Shown: positions 1-9,526, numbered from the stretch's first letter. The stretch is DNA of 64,000 bases from Eubacteriaceae bacterium Marseille-Q4139 (GCA_018223415.1 JAGTTQ010000001.1:2557498-2621497), one strand, 5' to 3'. Notes: generated by a model from the sequence alone, not told the origin. A program made the numbers and translations.

Positions 1-48
1 GAGCATCCGGCCTTACGGCGCCGTCTGCGTGGACGGGTATATTAAGCC

Positions 49-1020
49 GTGAGGATGCAATTTTTAAGAGGCCTTTTCCTGGCGGCTGCCCTTTCGCTCT
101 GCCTTTCGGCATGTGAGCGGCCGGGAGAAGAAGAAACCATCCCCCTTGCCATCGGGGCTTCCGAAGAGGGGAGCCGCATGTACCGGACGGGAATGGCCGT
201 GGCAGACGCGGTGAATGGGACGATTGCCGGGGCCAGGGCGGCCGCAGAGGAGACGAAGGGCGACCCGCTCCAGATTTTGGGGCTTAAGGAACGAACCCTC
301 TCCATGGGGCTAGTCTCCGGAAAGACGGCCTACGACGCCTTTTACGGCCTTGGCGCTTACGAGGGCGCGCCCATGGAGGAATTACGGGCCATCGGCGCCG
401 TCGGCATGTATGTGTCGGTGTGGACGGCAGGCGAGGAGACGGGAATAGAGGCGGTTTCTGACCTTCCGGGGAAGTGCCTGGCTGTCGGGGACGAGGCGTC
501 CATGACGGCGGAGGCATCGGCCTGCCTGTTTTCTGTCCTGGGAATCGACGGGGAAAATACGGAGCTTTGGGCGGCCGGAATCGGAAAAGGGACGGCTGCG
601 GCGGCAGAGGGAAGCGCAGATGCGGCCCACGGCTTTGACCTGGCGCCCATGGCCGGGCAAGAGGCGGCCGTTGCGGACGGAACCGTTCGGATTTTGCCTT
701 ATGAGGCGGAAACCGTCCAGGAGCTTGTGGGAGCGTATCCATGGTACTGCGGCGCGCATCTTCCGGCCGGGACGTATGCGGGCCAGAAAGAGGACGTACA
801 GACCTTCGGTATGAAGGTTCTCTTATGCGTGCGCGCAGACATGGAAGATGAGCTGGCGTACCAGACGGCCATGGCGCTGGACATAAAGGGAGATGCCATT
901 GCGGCCGCGGAGCCCTGGCTTTGGGCGGCGGCCGATAAGGAGGCCCTGTGCAAGGAGCTTCCCATTCCGCTCCATGAGGGCGCGGAGGCATATTATCGGG
1001 AAACCGGATATTTAAAATAA
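49..1020 (+). CDS. TAXI-family TRAP transporter solute-binding lipoprotein (orphan; no DctQM permease nearby)
   Basis: N-terminal lipoprotein signal (LSLCLSAC); C-terminal PIPLHEGA..YY motif shared with the paralog at 55160-56185; overall TAXI / immunogenic-protein-like pattern. Confidence 0.7.
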   Translation: MRMQFLRGLFLAAALSLCLSACERPGEEETIPLAIGASEEGSRMYRTGMAVADAVNGTIAGARAAAEETKGDPLQILGLKERTLSMGLVSGKTAYDAFYGLGAYEGAPMEELRAIGAVGMYVSVWTAGEETGIEAVSDLPGKCLAVGDEASMTAEASACLFSVLGIDGENTELWAAGIGKGTAAAAEGSADAAHGFDLAPMAGQEAAVADGTVRILPYEAETVQELVGAYPWYCGAHLPAGTYAGQKEDVQTFGMKVLLCVRADMEDELAYQTAMALDIKGDAIAAAEPWLWAAADKEALCKELPIPLHEGAEAYYRETGYLK

Positions 1021-1044
1021 ATCATGTATTAGGAGGGGTTCGTT

Positions 1045-1989
1045 ATGTTGTACAAGCAGTTTATTGAGTTGTTTGACATCTTAGACAGCGCGGAGGCGTC
1101 CGGCGCCCAGGTGAAGGCGTATCTGGAGGGCATCCGTCCGGAGTGCAGAGTGGAGACGTATCCGCTTGAAGGGCCGAAGGGCCACACGGACATGGTGCGC
1201 GTCCTGATCCCAGGGAAAAACGGGAAGTCTTCCGGCGGCACGGCAGGTACCATCGGTATTTTAGGCCGTCTCGGCGGACTCGGCGCGAGACCGGAAAAGA
1301 TTGGCTTTGTGTCGGACGGCGACGGGGCCATCACGGCCCTTGCCATTGCGGCAAAGCTTCTCGATATGCAGAACAAAGGCGACTTCCTGGAGGGCGATGT
1401 GTTCATTTCCACCCATGTGTGCCCTGATGCGCCGACGACGCCCCACGAGCCGGTGCCGTTCATGAATTCGCCGGTGGAGACGTGGCAGGTGAATCAGGAA
1501 GAAGTGACGGATTCCCTGGATGCCGTCCTGGTGGTGGATACCACAAAAGGGAACCGGATCATCAACCACAGGGGCTTTGCCATTTCCCCGACGGTGAAGG
1601 AGGGCTATATTTTAAGGGTCAGCGAGGATCTTCTCGACGTCATGCAGTCGACCACGGGAAAGCTTCCCCATGTTTTTGCCCTGACCCAGCAGGACATCAC
1701 GCCATACGGCAACGGGCTTTACCACTTAAACAGCATCCTTCAGCCGGCGACGGCGACGAAAGCGCCGGTGGTAGGCGTGGCGATCACCACGGAGACGGCG
1801 GTGGCCGGCTGTGCGACGGGCGCCATCCATCTGGAGGATCTGGAGGACGCGGCCAGGTTCATGCTGGAGGCGGCAAAGGAATTTGGAAGAGGCGCATTAA
1901 AGTTCTACGACGAAGAGGAGTATGGACGGATCCAGGCGCTTTACGGCTCCATGGGACATTTCCAGACACTTGGAAAGAAAGCAGAATAA
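1045..1989 (+). CDS. conserved hypothetical protein (possibly DUF1177-like), 24 nt downstream of the TAXI gene
   Basis: clean 314-codon ORF with typical codon usage, RBS GGAGGGG 8 nt upstream; no motif I can assign with confidence. Confidence 0.5.
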   Translation: MLYKQFIELFDILDSAEASGAQVKAYLEGIRPECRVETYPLEGPKGHTDMVRVLIPGKNGKSSGGTAGTIGILGRLGGLGARPEKIGFVSDGDGAITALAIAAKLLDMQNKGDFLEGDVFISTHVCPDAPTTPHEPVPFMNSPVETWQVNQEEVTDSLDAVLVVDTTKGNRIINHRGFAISPTVKEGYILRVSEDLLDVMQSTTGKLPHVFALTQQDITPYGNGLYHLNSILQPATATKAPVVGVAITTETAVAGCATGAIHLEDLEDAARFMLEAAKEFGRGALKFYDEEEYGRIQALYGSMGHFQTLGKKAE

Positions 1990-2247
1990 GACAAAAGGTT
2001 CGCATATGGGCAGCAGACGGGACAATGTCTGCTGCCCTTTCCTGCGTGAGGGGCTGTGCCCTGGCCTGAGTGTGCACCAGATGCACAATTTTTTTGCGTA
2101 AAATGAGCTGTCTGACACAATTGTTTGATTTTTACGGATAACTGTAAATATTATACAAAAATGATGTAAAATGTCGAAAAACAATAAAAAAGACTGGTAA
2201 ACGCTGAAAAGTCTGTTAAAATCGTGTTGAAAGGAGGTACTTCAAAA

Positions 2248-3054
2248 ATGAATATGGACAAGTTTGAGCAGTATCTAAGGGGGACGAATCTCTCGGAGAA
2301 CACGATTGCTTCATACAGCTTTGCAGTGAAGCAGTATTATCGCCAGTACGATACGGTTACAAAAAGGAAGCTGCGGGAATACAAGGTTTGGCTCATCGAG
2401 AATTACAAGCCAAAAACTGTAAACCTGCGGCTTCGTGCATTGAACTGTTATCTGGAAAGTATTGGGAGAGATGAGTGGAAAATGCAGTTTGTGAAAGTAC
2501 AGCAGAAGGCGTTTCTGGAGAATGTCATCAGCGAAGCGGACTATGAATACTTCAAAACGTGTCTGTGGCAGGACGGAGAGCAGTTCTGGTATTTCGTTGT
2601 CCGTTTCATGGCGGCTACGGGCGTGCGGGTCAGCGAGCTGATACAGATCAAGGCGGAGCATGTGAATACAGGCTATGTGGATCTGTATTCCAAAGGGGGC
2701 AAGCTCCGAAGGATCTACATACCGCAGGCGCTGAGGGAGGAGGCCCTTGCCTGGCTGGAGGAGAAAGGCCAGACAAGCGGTTTCCTCTTTTTGAATAAGC
2801 AGGGCAAGCGGATTACCACCAGGGGGATTGCCGGGCAGTTAAAGGTTCTGGCACAGCGGTACGGCCTGGATACGGCCGTGATTTATCCCCACTCCTTTAG
2901 ACATCGGTTTGCAAAGAGTTTTCTGGAGCGGTTTAATGACATCGCGCTGCTCGCGGATCTCATGGGGCATGAGAGCATCGAGACGACGCGGATCTATCTG
3001 AGACGGACGAGTACGGAACAGCAGGCCATCGTTGACCATGTGGTGAGCTGGTAG
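2248..3054 (+). CDS. tyrosine site-specific recombinase (XerC/D / phage-integrase family), solitary
   Basis: C-terminal catalytic HSFRHRFA...LMGHESIETTRIYL (R-H-R-Y) motifs; RBS AAAGGAGG upstream of the ATG at 2248. Confidence 0.8.
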   Translation: MNMDKFEQYLRGTNLSENTIASYSFAVKQYYRQYDTVTKRKLREYKVWLIENYKPKTVNLRLRALNCYLESIGRDEWKMQFVKVQQKAFLENVISEADYEYFKTCLWQDGEQFWYFVVRFMAATGVRVSELIQIKAEHVNTGYVDLYSKGGKLRRIYIPQALREEALAWLEEKGQTSGFLFLNKQGKRITTRGIAGQLKVLAQRYGLDTAVIYPHSFRHRFAKSFLERFNDIALLADLMGHESIETTRIYLRRTSTEQQAIVDHVVSW

Positions 3055-3158
3055 AAAGTTTCCCGCCCCGCATGCGAAACTGTCTCCATGCAGGACGGGA
3101 ATTTCAGAACTTGTTAATAAAATTGAAAGAAATAACGAGCCGGGAGCCGGGGAAATAA

Positions 3159-3189
3159 TTTGACAGGGAGTACCATGATTTGATAAAAT
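3159..3189 (+). promoter_or_regulatory. putative sigmaA promoter for the NlpC/P60 gene
   Basis: TTGACA at 3159-3164, ~17-19 bp spacer, A/T-rich -10 (GATAAAAT). Confidence 0.4.
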
Positions 3190-3236
3190 AATTACTGATA
3201 CGCAAAGGAACAGAAATCATACGCCCCCGGCGGGCA

Positions 3237-5042
3237 ATGGAGACAGACAGTATGGCGGATGAAGAGAACGTAAAGGAAAAAAAGACAAAGGCTCAGCCCG
3301 AGGACAATATCGAAAGGCTGAAAAAGATAAAGAAGAAAAAAGAGCTCGGAAATTATCCCAAGTATCTGGCAGCGGCAGGAGCCGCTATTGTGGTGGTTTC
3401 GGCTGTGGCCGTGATCGGGACGCTAATCGGAAAAAGCGCCGGCGGGGCCGGGACAATAAAGGTAGAAACCGTGGCCGCGTCCCTTGAGACGACGGCGCCG
3501 GTGGAGACGGAGCCCTCAGAGCCACAGACCATCGTGCTGGAGACGACCCTTTCGGAGGAAGAGATCCAGGAGAAGGAGCAGGAGGCAGCCGTGAAGTCCG
3601 TCCTGGACGGATATGCCAATCTGGGTATCGCCGGCGTGTCCGGCTACCTGAATGTGCGGAAGACGCCGGAGGCCTTCGGCGAGGTGATCGGGAAGCTGCC
3701 GGCTGGCGGTGCATGTGAGATCATCGACACGTCGACGGAGGGCTGGTACAAAATTTCTTCCGGCGGCGTTACCGGCTATGTCAGCTCCCAGTATATTTAC
3801 ACGGGAGACCAGGCGAAGGAAAAGGCGGCCGAAGATGTGAAGGAGCGGGCCATCGTGGAGGTGGACAAGTTAAATGTCCGTTCGGAACCGAGCCAGGAGG
3901 CCGAAATCGTCGGCCAGGTTTTAAAAAACGAGCGGTACGAGATCCGCGGGGAAGAGGAAGGCTGGATCCAGATTGCGGACGGCTATATCTCCTCGGATTA
4001 CGTGGAAATCCGCTATGCCTTAAACGAAGCGCAGAAACAGGATATGAGGACGACCGTCTTCAATCTTTATGATAATCTCGGCGTGTCCAACGTGACGAAT
4101 TACCTGAATATCCGGAACAAGCCGAGCGAGTCGGACGGAAAGATTATCGGAAAGCTCCCGAGCAATGCAGGCTGCGATATTCTGGAGACTTCCGAGGACG
4201 GCTGGTACAAGATCCGTTCCGGGAAGATCACCGGGTACGTGAAGTCGGAGTACATCCTGACCGGCCAGGCCGCAAAGGACAAGGCTCTTGAGGTGGCAGA
4301 GCTGATGGCCATCGCCAACACCGACGGCGTCAACGTCCGTTCCGAACCGAATACGGAGTCCAGTATCTGGACGCAGATCTCCAATACCGAGAAGTTCCTG
4401 GTAGTGAGCCAGATGGACGGATGGGTGGAAATCGAGATCGATGACAGCAATGCATTTATCTCCTCGGATTACGTGGATGTGCAGTATGCGTTAAACGAGG
4501 CGATCCCCTATACGCCGGTGGTTGAGCAGACAAAGAGCACGGGCGGAAGCTCCGGTTCGTCGGGCAGCAAGGGCAGCTCTTCCTCAAGCGGCGGCAGCAG
4601 CTCCTCCGGCGGAAAGACGAGCGGCGGCTCTTCCTCCTCCGGACAGAGCGCAGGCTCCAGCGCAGGAAGCGTGTCCTCGACGCGTGCCCAGATTGCCAAC
4701 TATGCCGTACAGTTCGTGGGCAACCCGTATGTATGGGGCGGAACCAGCCTGACAAACGGTGCGGACTGCTCCGGATTTACCATGTCCGTCATGGCGCACT
4801 TTGGCATCTCCCTGCCGCATAACTCGGCGGCGCAGGCCAACTGCGGACGGAGTATCTCCTCCAGTGAGATGAGGCCGGGCGACCTGATCTTCTACGGCGG
4901 CAGCAGCGGTTCCATCAACCACGTTGCCCTCTATATCGGAAACGGGCAGGTATGCCACGCGTCCAGTGCGAAGACAGGAATTAAGATTTCCACATGGAAT
5001 TACAGAAGCCCAGTGAAGATCGTCAATGTGTTAGGTGACTAA
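3237..5042 (+). CDS. cell-wall endopeptidase: N-terminal TM anchor, four SH3b domains, Gly/Ser linker, C-terminal NlpC/P60 domain
   Basis: NlpC/P60 catalytic region YVWGG...DCSGF...HVALYIG; four ~60-aa SH3b repeats (LNVR..GWY/GWV); TM helix near residue 45. Confidence 0.88.
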   Translation: METDSMADEENVKEKKTKAQPEDNIERLKKIKKKKELGNYPKYLAAAGAAIVVVSAVAVIGTLIGKSAGGAGTIKVETVAASLETTAPVETEPSEPQTIVLETTLSEEEIQEKEQEAAVKSVLDGYANLGIAGVSGYLNVRKTPEAFGEVIGKLPAGGACEIIDTSTEGWYKISSGGVTGYVSSQYIYTGDQAKEKAAEDVKERAIVEVDKLNVRSEPSQEAEIVGQVLKNERYEIRGEEEGWIQIADGYISSDYVEIRYALNEAQKQDMRTTVFNLYDNLGVSNVTNYLNIRNKPSESDGKIIGKLPSNAGCDILETSEDGWYKIRSGKITGYVKSEYILTGQAAKDKALEVAELMAIANTDGVNVRSEPNTESSIWTQISNTEKFLVVSQMDGWVEIEIDDSNAFISSDYVDVQYALNEAIPYTPVVEQTKSTGGSSGSSGSKGSSSSSGGSSSSGGKTSGGSSSSGQSAGSSAGSVSSTRAQIANYAVQFVGNPYVWGGTSLTNGADCSGFTMSVMAHFGISLPHNSAAQANCGRSISSSEMRPGDLIFYGGSSGSINHVALYIGNGQVCHASSAKTGIKISTWNYRSPVKIVNVLGD

Positions 5043-5046
5043 AAAA

Positions 5047-5082
5047 GACAGGCTCTGCCGCTTCCGGCAGAGCCTGTTTGCA
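5047..5082. terminator. intrinsic terminator: 12-bp perfect stem (CAGGCTCTGCCG/CGGCAGAGCCTG), 4-nt loop, weak T tract
   Basis: hairpin read directly from the sequence, immediately after the stop at 5042. Confidence 0.5.
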
Positions 5083-5108
5083 CGTTTTGGCCGTTGTCCC
5101 ATATGATA
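5082..5108 (+). promoter_or_regulatory. sigmaK-type (mother-cell, late sporulation) promoter candidate: AC, 16 bp, CATATGATA
   Basis: matches the B. subtilis sigmaK consensus AC-N16/17-CATANNNTA; sits ~40 nt upstream of the Cys-rich ORF. Confidence 0.35.
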
Positions 5109-5148
5109 TAGTACAAACTTAATTTTGTATGAAAAAGGAGCAATCAGT

Positions 5149-5670
5149 ATGGGTATCTGCTGTCGTAATAATTGGTGTTTTAACAGATGTGGCTGCTGCC
5201 GGAACAATAACAATAATTCCTGCTGTACTTCTCTGGCGGATACGTCCGCTGCCTGCGGGAACGGGTGCGATCCCTGCGGTTCGGGAAACAGTGTTTCTCA
5301 GGCGTCGGGAAGCGGCTGCGGCTGCGGCTCTTCCCAGTCGGGCTGCGGTTCCTCAAGATGCGGCTGTAATTCCTCCCGGTGGAATTCCTGCTGGCCGAAC
5401 GGCTGCAATTCCTGCGGCACATGGGGAAACCGCTGCTGCCGGTGCGGGAACTGGGGCTGGGGCTGGAACTGGAATAACTGTTCCTGCGGGAATTCCTGGT
5501 GGAACACGGCGTACAACAGGGGCTTTCGGGCAGGAAGCAGTGCCGGCTACAACAGCGGTTACAGCGGCGGCTACAATGCCGGCTACGGTGTCGGCTATCA
5601 GGTTGGCTGTCAGAACTGCTCGGCCGCCGGAACTGCTGTCATCTCCGGAGGCTGCGGCACCTGCGGGTGA
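5149..5670 (+). CDS. 173-aa low-complexity Cys/Gly/Asn/Trp/Tyr-rich protein; putative spore coat or exosporium structural protein
   Basis: RBS AAAGGAG 8 nt upstream of the ATG; genome-typical codon usage; ~17% Cys (CC, CGC, CxC repeats), WGWGWNW stretch, C-terminal GYN/GYS repeats; terminator-like hairpin follows. Confidence 0.6.
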   Translation: MGICCRNNWCFNRCGCCRNNNNNSCCTSLADTSAACGNGCDPCGSGNSVSQASGSGCGCGSSQSGCGSSRCGCNSSRWNSCWPNGCNSCGTWGNRCCRCGNWGWGWNWNNCSCGNSWWNTAYNRGFRAGSSAGYNSGYSGGYNAGYGVGYQVGCQNCSAAGTAVISGGCGTCG

Positions 5671-5768
5671 TGAAGAAAAATCAGGCTGCGCTTAGGGAAA
5701 CGGCTTTTATAACAGCCGCGCCCGGCTCGGTGTGCGGGAGCGCGCTTGCAGATTTTTTAAAAAAGGGA

Positions 5769-5797
5769 TTGATTTTTGTCAGGAAATCGTGTATGGT
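5769..5797 (+). promoter_or_regulatory. sigmaA promoter for the pfl leader (TTGATT, 17 bp, TATGGT)
   Basis: hexamers and spacing read from the sequence. Confidence 0.5.
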
Positions 5798-5814
5798 ATG
5801 TAGCATAACGAGAA

Positions 5815-5889
5815 GGTTCCTGTGACTGACGGGAAGGTGGGCAAAAACCACCAGGGAGCAGGAATCCATAATATGCCGACCGTCTGGGC
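5815..5889 (+). ncRNA. ZTP (ZMP/ZTP-sensing, pfl-motif) riboswitch aptamer
   Basis: GUGACUGACGGG..GGUGGGCAAAAACCACCAGGGAGC..(linker)..CCGACCGUCUGGGCA matches the pfl consensus (UGACUGGCG / GGUGGGAAACCACCGGGGAGC / CCGNCCGCCUGGGCA); pseudoknot pair GACGG/CCGUC covaries; lies upstream of pflB. Confidence 0.8.
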
Positions 5890-5925
5890 AGTACCGCAAA
5901 CGCTGCGGTGCTGCCCTTCTTTTAT
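5885..5925 (+). terminator. riboswitch expression-platform terminator overlapping the ZTP P3 3' strand
   Basis: GGGCAGUACCGCA-AACG-CUGCGGUGCUGCCC followed by UUCUUUUAUU. Confidence 0.6.
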
Positions 5926-6019
5926 TGTCTGTGCGGCCGATGTCCCATTTTTGGCCGTCACGTTTTGGAAGGGCAGCAGGCAGAAGCGCGGTGCTTTTCA
6001 CTGAAAGGAGAACCATATC

Positions 6020-8248
6020 ATGAAAGCATGGGAAAACTTTAAGGCCGGCCATTGGATGGAGGCCATCGACGTCCGCGATTTTATCCAGAAAAACTATACG
6101 CCGTATGACGGCGGGGAGGAATTCCTCGCAGGCCCGACGGAGAGGACGAAAAAGGTGCTGGACACCTTTGAAGCCCTCTTAAAGAAAGAGCGGGAAAACG
6201 GCGGCGTTTTAAAGGCTGATACGAAAACCGTCATCACTCCGACGGCGTTCGGCCCCGGCTATCTGGACAGGGAACGCGACATCATCGTGGGCCTCCAGAC
6301 TGATGAGCCCTTAAAGAGAGCCTGCAATCCCTTCGGCGGCATGCGGATGGTGCGGGAGGCATGTGAAGAGTACGGATACCAGGTGGATGAAGAGCTGGAG
6401 ACCGAGTTCCGGTACCATAAGACCCACAACGACGGCGTTTTTTCTGTTTATACGCCGGAAATCCGGGCGGCAAGGAGCGCCGGGATGATTACGGGCCTTC
6501 CGGACGCCTACGGGCGCGGCCGGATCATCGGCGATTACAGGCGCGTGGCCCTTTACGGCATGGACCGGCTGATTGAGGAACGGGAAAAGGACCGTCTTGC
6601 CATTGGAAAACGGCGCATGAGCGAGGAGACGATCCGGCTTTTGGAGGAGCTTCACGATCAGATCGAGGCGTTAAAGTCGATGAAGGAGATGGCAGCCCTC
6701 TACGGCTATGACATTTCCGGGCCGGCAGAGACGGCCAAGGAGGCCGTGCAGTGGCTTTATTTCGGGTATCTTGCGGCCATCAAGGAGCAGAACGGCGCGG
6801 CCATGAGCCTGGGGCGCACCAGCACTTTCTTAGATATCTATTTTGAGCGGGATTTAAAGGCCGGCCGGCTCACGGAGGAGGAAGCCCAGGAGATCATGGA
6901 TGATTTCGTTTTAAAGCTCCGCCTTGCAAGGCACCTTCGGACGCCCCAGTACAACGAGCTGTTCGGCGGCGACCCCATGTGGATTACCGAAGCCATCGGC
7001 GGCGTCGGCGAGGACGGCCGCCACATGGTGACGAAGACCTCGTTCCGGATCCTGCATACGCTTTATAACTTAAAGCCGTCGGCAGAGCCGAATCTGACGG
7101 TGCTCTGGTCGGATAAGCTCCCGGAGAGTTGGAAGCAGTACGTGGCGAAGGTGTCCTGCGACACAGATTCCATCCAGTATGAAAACGACGATGTCATGCG
7201 GCCCCATTATGGCGACGACTACGCCATCGCCTGCTGCGTTTCCGCCATGCGGGTAGGGAAGGACATGCAGTTTTTCGGCGCCAGGGCGAACCTTGCAAAG
7301 CTGGTGCTCCTTTCCATCAACGGCGGACGTGATGAGAATAAAAACATCCAGGTGGGGCCTGAAATGCCTGTCTGGGAGGACGAATACCTGGACTATGACC
7401 GGCTCATGGAGCGGATGGATGTCTACCGGGACTGGCTGGCGGCCACTTACGCGGACACGATGAACATCATCCACTACATGCATGACAAATACGCATACGA
7501 AAAATGCCAGATGGCGCTCCATGACCCGGAGGTGAGACGGCTCATGGCCTTCGGCGTGGCCGGCATGAGCTGTATGGCGGATTCGCTTTCGGCCATAAAA
7601 TATGCGAAGGTGCGCTGTGTCAGGAACAAGGAGACGGGGCTTGTGACGGAGTTTGAGATCGAGGGCGAATATCCGGCCTTCGGAAACGATGATGACCGGG
7701 TGGATGCCATCGCCTGCGAGCAGATGAAGAAGTTCTATGAGTCCTTAAAGAAAAATGAGCTGTACCGCGGTGCTGTCCATACGCTGTCGGTACTGACGAT
7801 TACTTCCAATGTTATGTACGGGAAAAAGACCGGAAGCACGCCGGACGGAAGAAAGAAGGGCGAGCCGTTAGCGCCGGGCGCAAACCCCATGTCGGGGCGG
7901 GATCGGAGCGGCGCCCTTGCTTCCTTAAATTCGGTGGCAAAGCTGTCTTATGATACGTGCCGGGACGGGATCTCCAACACGTTCTCCATTGTGCCGGATG
8001 CTCTTGGGAAATCCGAAAAAGAGCGGCTTTCCAACCTGGTGCAGATTTTAGAAGGGTATTTCGGACAGGGCGCCCACCACTTAAATGTCAATGTGATGAA
8101 CCGGGAGACGCTTCTTGATGCCTATGAGAATCCCGACAAGTACCCGAACCTGACGATCCGCGTTTCGGGCTATGCCGTGAATTTTTATAAGCTTTCCAGG
8201 GAGCAGCAGCGGGAGGTCATCCGCAGAACCTTCCATACCGGCGTATAA
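6020..8248 (+). CDS. pflB: pyruvate formate-lyase (formate C-acetyltransferase), glycyl-radical enzyme
   Basis: N-terminal [44 protein letters not shown]-terminal glycyl-radical motif RVSGYAV. Confidence 0.97.
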   Translation: MKAWENFKAGHWMEAIDVRDFIQKNYTPYDGGEEFLAGPTERTKKVLDTFEALLKKERENGGVLKADTKTVITPTAFGPGYLDRERDIIVGLQTDEPLKRACNPFGGMRMVREACEEYGYQVDEELETEFRYHKTHNDGVFSVYTPEIRAARSAGMITGLPDAYGRGRIIGDYRRVALYGMDRLIEEREKDRLAIGKRRMSEETIRLLEELHDQIEALKSMKEMAALYGYDISGPAETAKEAVQWLYFGYLAAIKEQNGAAMSLGRTSTFLDIYFERDLKAGRLTEEEAQEIMDDFVLKLRLARHLRTPQYNELFGGDPMWITEAIGGVGEDGRHMVTKTSFRILHTLYNLKPSAEPNLTVLWSDKLPESWKQYVAKVSCDTDSIQYENDDVMRPHYGDDYAIACCVSAMRVGKDMQFFGARANLAKLVLLSINGGRDENKNIQVGPEMPVWEDEYLDYDRLMERMDVYRDWLAATYADTMNIIHYMHDKYAYEKCQMALHDPEVRRLMAFGVAGMSCMADSLSAIKYAKVRCVRNKETGLVTEFEIEGEYPAFGNDDDRVDAIACEQMKKFYESLKKNELYRGAVHTLSVLTITSNVMYGKKTGSTPDGRKKGEPLAPGANPMSGRDRSGALASLNSVAKLSYDTCRDGISNTFSIVPDALGKSEKERLSNLVQILEGYFGQGAHHLNVNVMNRETLLDAYENPDKYPNLTIRVSGYAVNFYKLSREQQREVIRRTFHTGV

Positions 8249-8961
8249 TGGAAGCGGCGAAGGTTTGCGGGCGCGTCCACTCGGTGCAGAGCCTGGGGGC
8301 CGTGGACGGGCCGGGAATGAGAAGCGTCGTGTTCCTTCAGGGCTGCCCGCTCCGGTGCGCCTACTGCCATAATCCCGATACCTGGGAATTTTCGGAGGGC
8401 ACGAGGACGGAGGCCGGCGAGGTTTTTTCGCGGCTTCTGCGGTTTGCCCCATACTGGAAGCGGGGCGGCGGCGTGACCGTGTCCGGCGGGGAGCCGCTCT
8501 CCCAGCCGGAGTTTGTGAAGGCCCTGTTTTCCATGCTCCATGAACGCGGGATCCATACGGCCCTTGATACGTCGGGGGCCGGGGATCTTCTGGCGGCGCG
8601 TGAGGTTTTAAAGGAGACGGACCTTGTCCTGGCGGATGTGAAATTCCTGTCGGAGGGGGAGTATAAAAGCTTCTGCCATGGAAGCTTTGAAAAGACGAAG
8701 GCGTTTCTTTCGCTGACGGCGGAGCTTGGAATCCCTCTGTGGATCCGTCACGTGGCAGTGCCGGGGCTTACGGCAAACGAGGCATATCTTCGGGCTGTGA
8801 AAGAGTTTGCCGGCTCCCTGCCGAACCTTGAGCGGCTGGAGTTTCTTCCTTTCCATAATATGTGCGTGGAAAAGTATGAGCGCCTCGGGATTCCCTTCCC
8901 CTTAGCCGGGACAGAGCCCATGGAAGCGGCAGAGTGGCAGGCACTTTTGGAAAAAATTTAA
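8248..8961 (+). CDS. pflA: pyruvate formate-lyase activating enzyme (radical SAM)
   Basis: CPLRCAYCHNPDTW radical-SAM cluster motif; start overlaps the pflB stop (TAATG). Confidence 0.95.
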   Translation: MEAAKVCGRVHSVQSLGAVDGPGMRSVVFLQGCPLRCAYCHNPDTWEFSEGTRTEAGEVFSRLLRFAPYWKRGGGVTVSGGEPLSQPEFVKALFSMLHERGIHTALDTSGAGDLLAAREVLKETDLVLADVKFLSEGEYKSFCHGSFEKTKAFLSLTAELGIPLWIRHVAVPGLTANEAYLRAVKEFAGSLPNLERLEFLPFHNMCVEKYERLGIPFPLAGTEPMEAAEWQALLEKI

Positions 8962-9000
8962 TTTTCTGTTATATTTTACGGACAATCTCCATATATTGTA

Positions 9001-9204
9001 GTAACAGTTCAGCCATGCAGAACCATTTGGCAAAATGCTGCGTGGGAGCTTGCTCACTAAGCAGTATTTTGCTAAATGGTTCTATATGGTGAGCGCCCAA
9101 CATGAATAATTTGACGGCCAGAGTTTGCACCTTCTTGAACGGACGTTCAAGAAGTATTCCTCGCTTTGCTCGGTCAATTATGAATGGCATGGCTGAACTG
9201 TTGC
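9001..9204. repeat. MITE-like repeat element, copy A (~204 bp) with ~17-bp terminal inverted repeats
   Basis: GTAACAGTTCAGCCATGC ... GCATGGCTGAACTGTTGC; internal 24-bp perfect palindrome CTTCTTGAACGGACGTTCAAGAAG; ~85% identical over aligned segments to the inverted copy at 37374-37560. Confidence 0.7.
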
Positions 9205-9295
9205 ATATGTAAGCAAAAGGCAAAGCCTGCCCGCAAACGGGACGGCGGCCGACAGTAATTTCCGCGGGCAGCGGAAAAAGAAATGGGAGATGAAC

Positions 9296-9526
9296 ATGGC
9301 AAGAGGCGTAAGAAAGAGTCCGAAGGAAAAACTGACAGAAAAGCTGAACTCCGTGGAGGAGGCCATCGCCCAGTACAGTCAGTGCCTGGAACAGCTTAAA
9401 AATGAGAAAAAAGAGCTGGAGGCGGAGATGGAACAGCTCGAGATTGCGGAGCTCTCGGCGATGATGAAGGAGAAAAACCTTTCTGTGAACGAGCTGCGGA
9501 ACATGGTGGAACAGGCTGCGGTGTAA
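9296..9526 (+). CDS. small (77 aa) coiled-coil protein, hypothetical
   Basis: RBS GGGAGA 6 nt upstream; heptad-like, Glu/Lys-rich sequence; no family assigned. Confidence 0.45.
   Translation: MARGVRKSPKEKLTEKLNSVEEAIAQYSQCLEQLKNEKKELEAEMEQLEIAELSAMMKEKNLSVNELRNMVEQAAV

Noticed and set aside
284-991. 235-aa Pro/Arg-rich ORF antisense to the first TAXI gene
   Set aside because: Classic high-GC antisense artefact (Arg/Pro/Ala composition), wholly contained in a well-supported gene.
3055-3236. Invertible promoter switch adjacent to the tyrosine recombinase
   Set aside because: No pair of inverted repeats flanking the promoter region was found on either side of the recombinase gene.
5180-5516. 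Minus-strand Gln/Pro-rich ORFs (80 and 72 aa) antisense to the Cys-rich gene
   Set aside because: Open frames on every strand are expected over short-period repetitive DNA. No translation signals.
5129-5695. 188-aa Ala/Thr-rich ORF in the +2 frame, overlapping the Cys-rich gene
   Set aside because: No RBS before its ATG. Composition is typical of an off-frame read of GC-rich repetitive DNA. The RBS-preceded ATG at 5149 is in the other frame.
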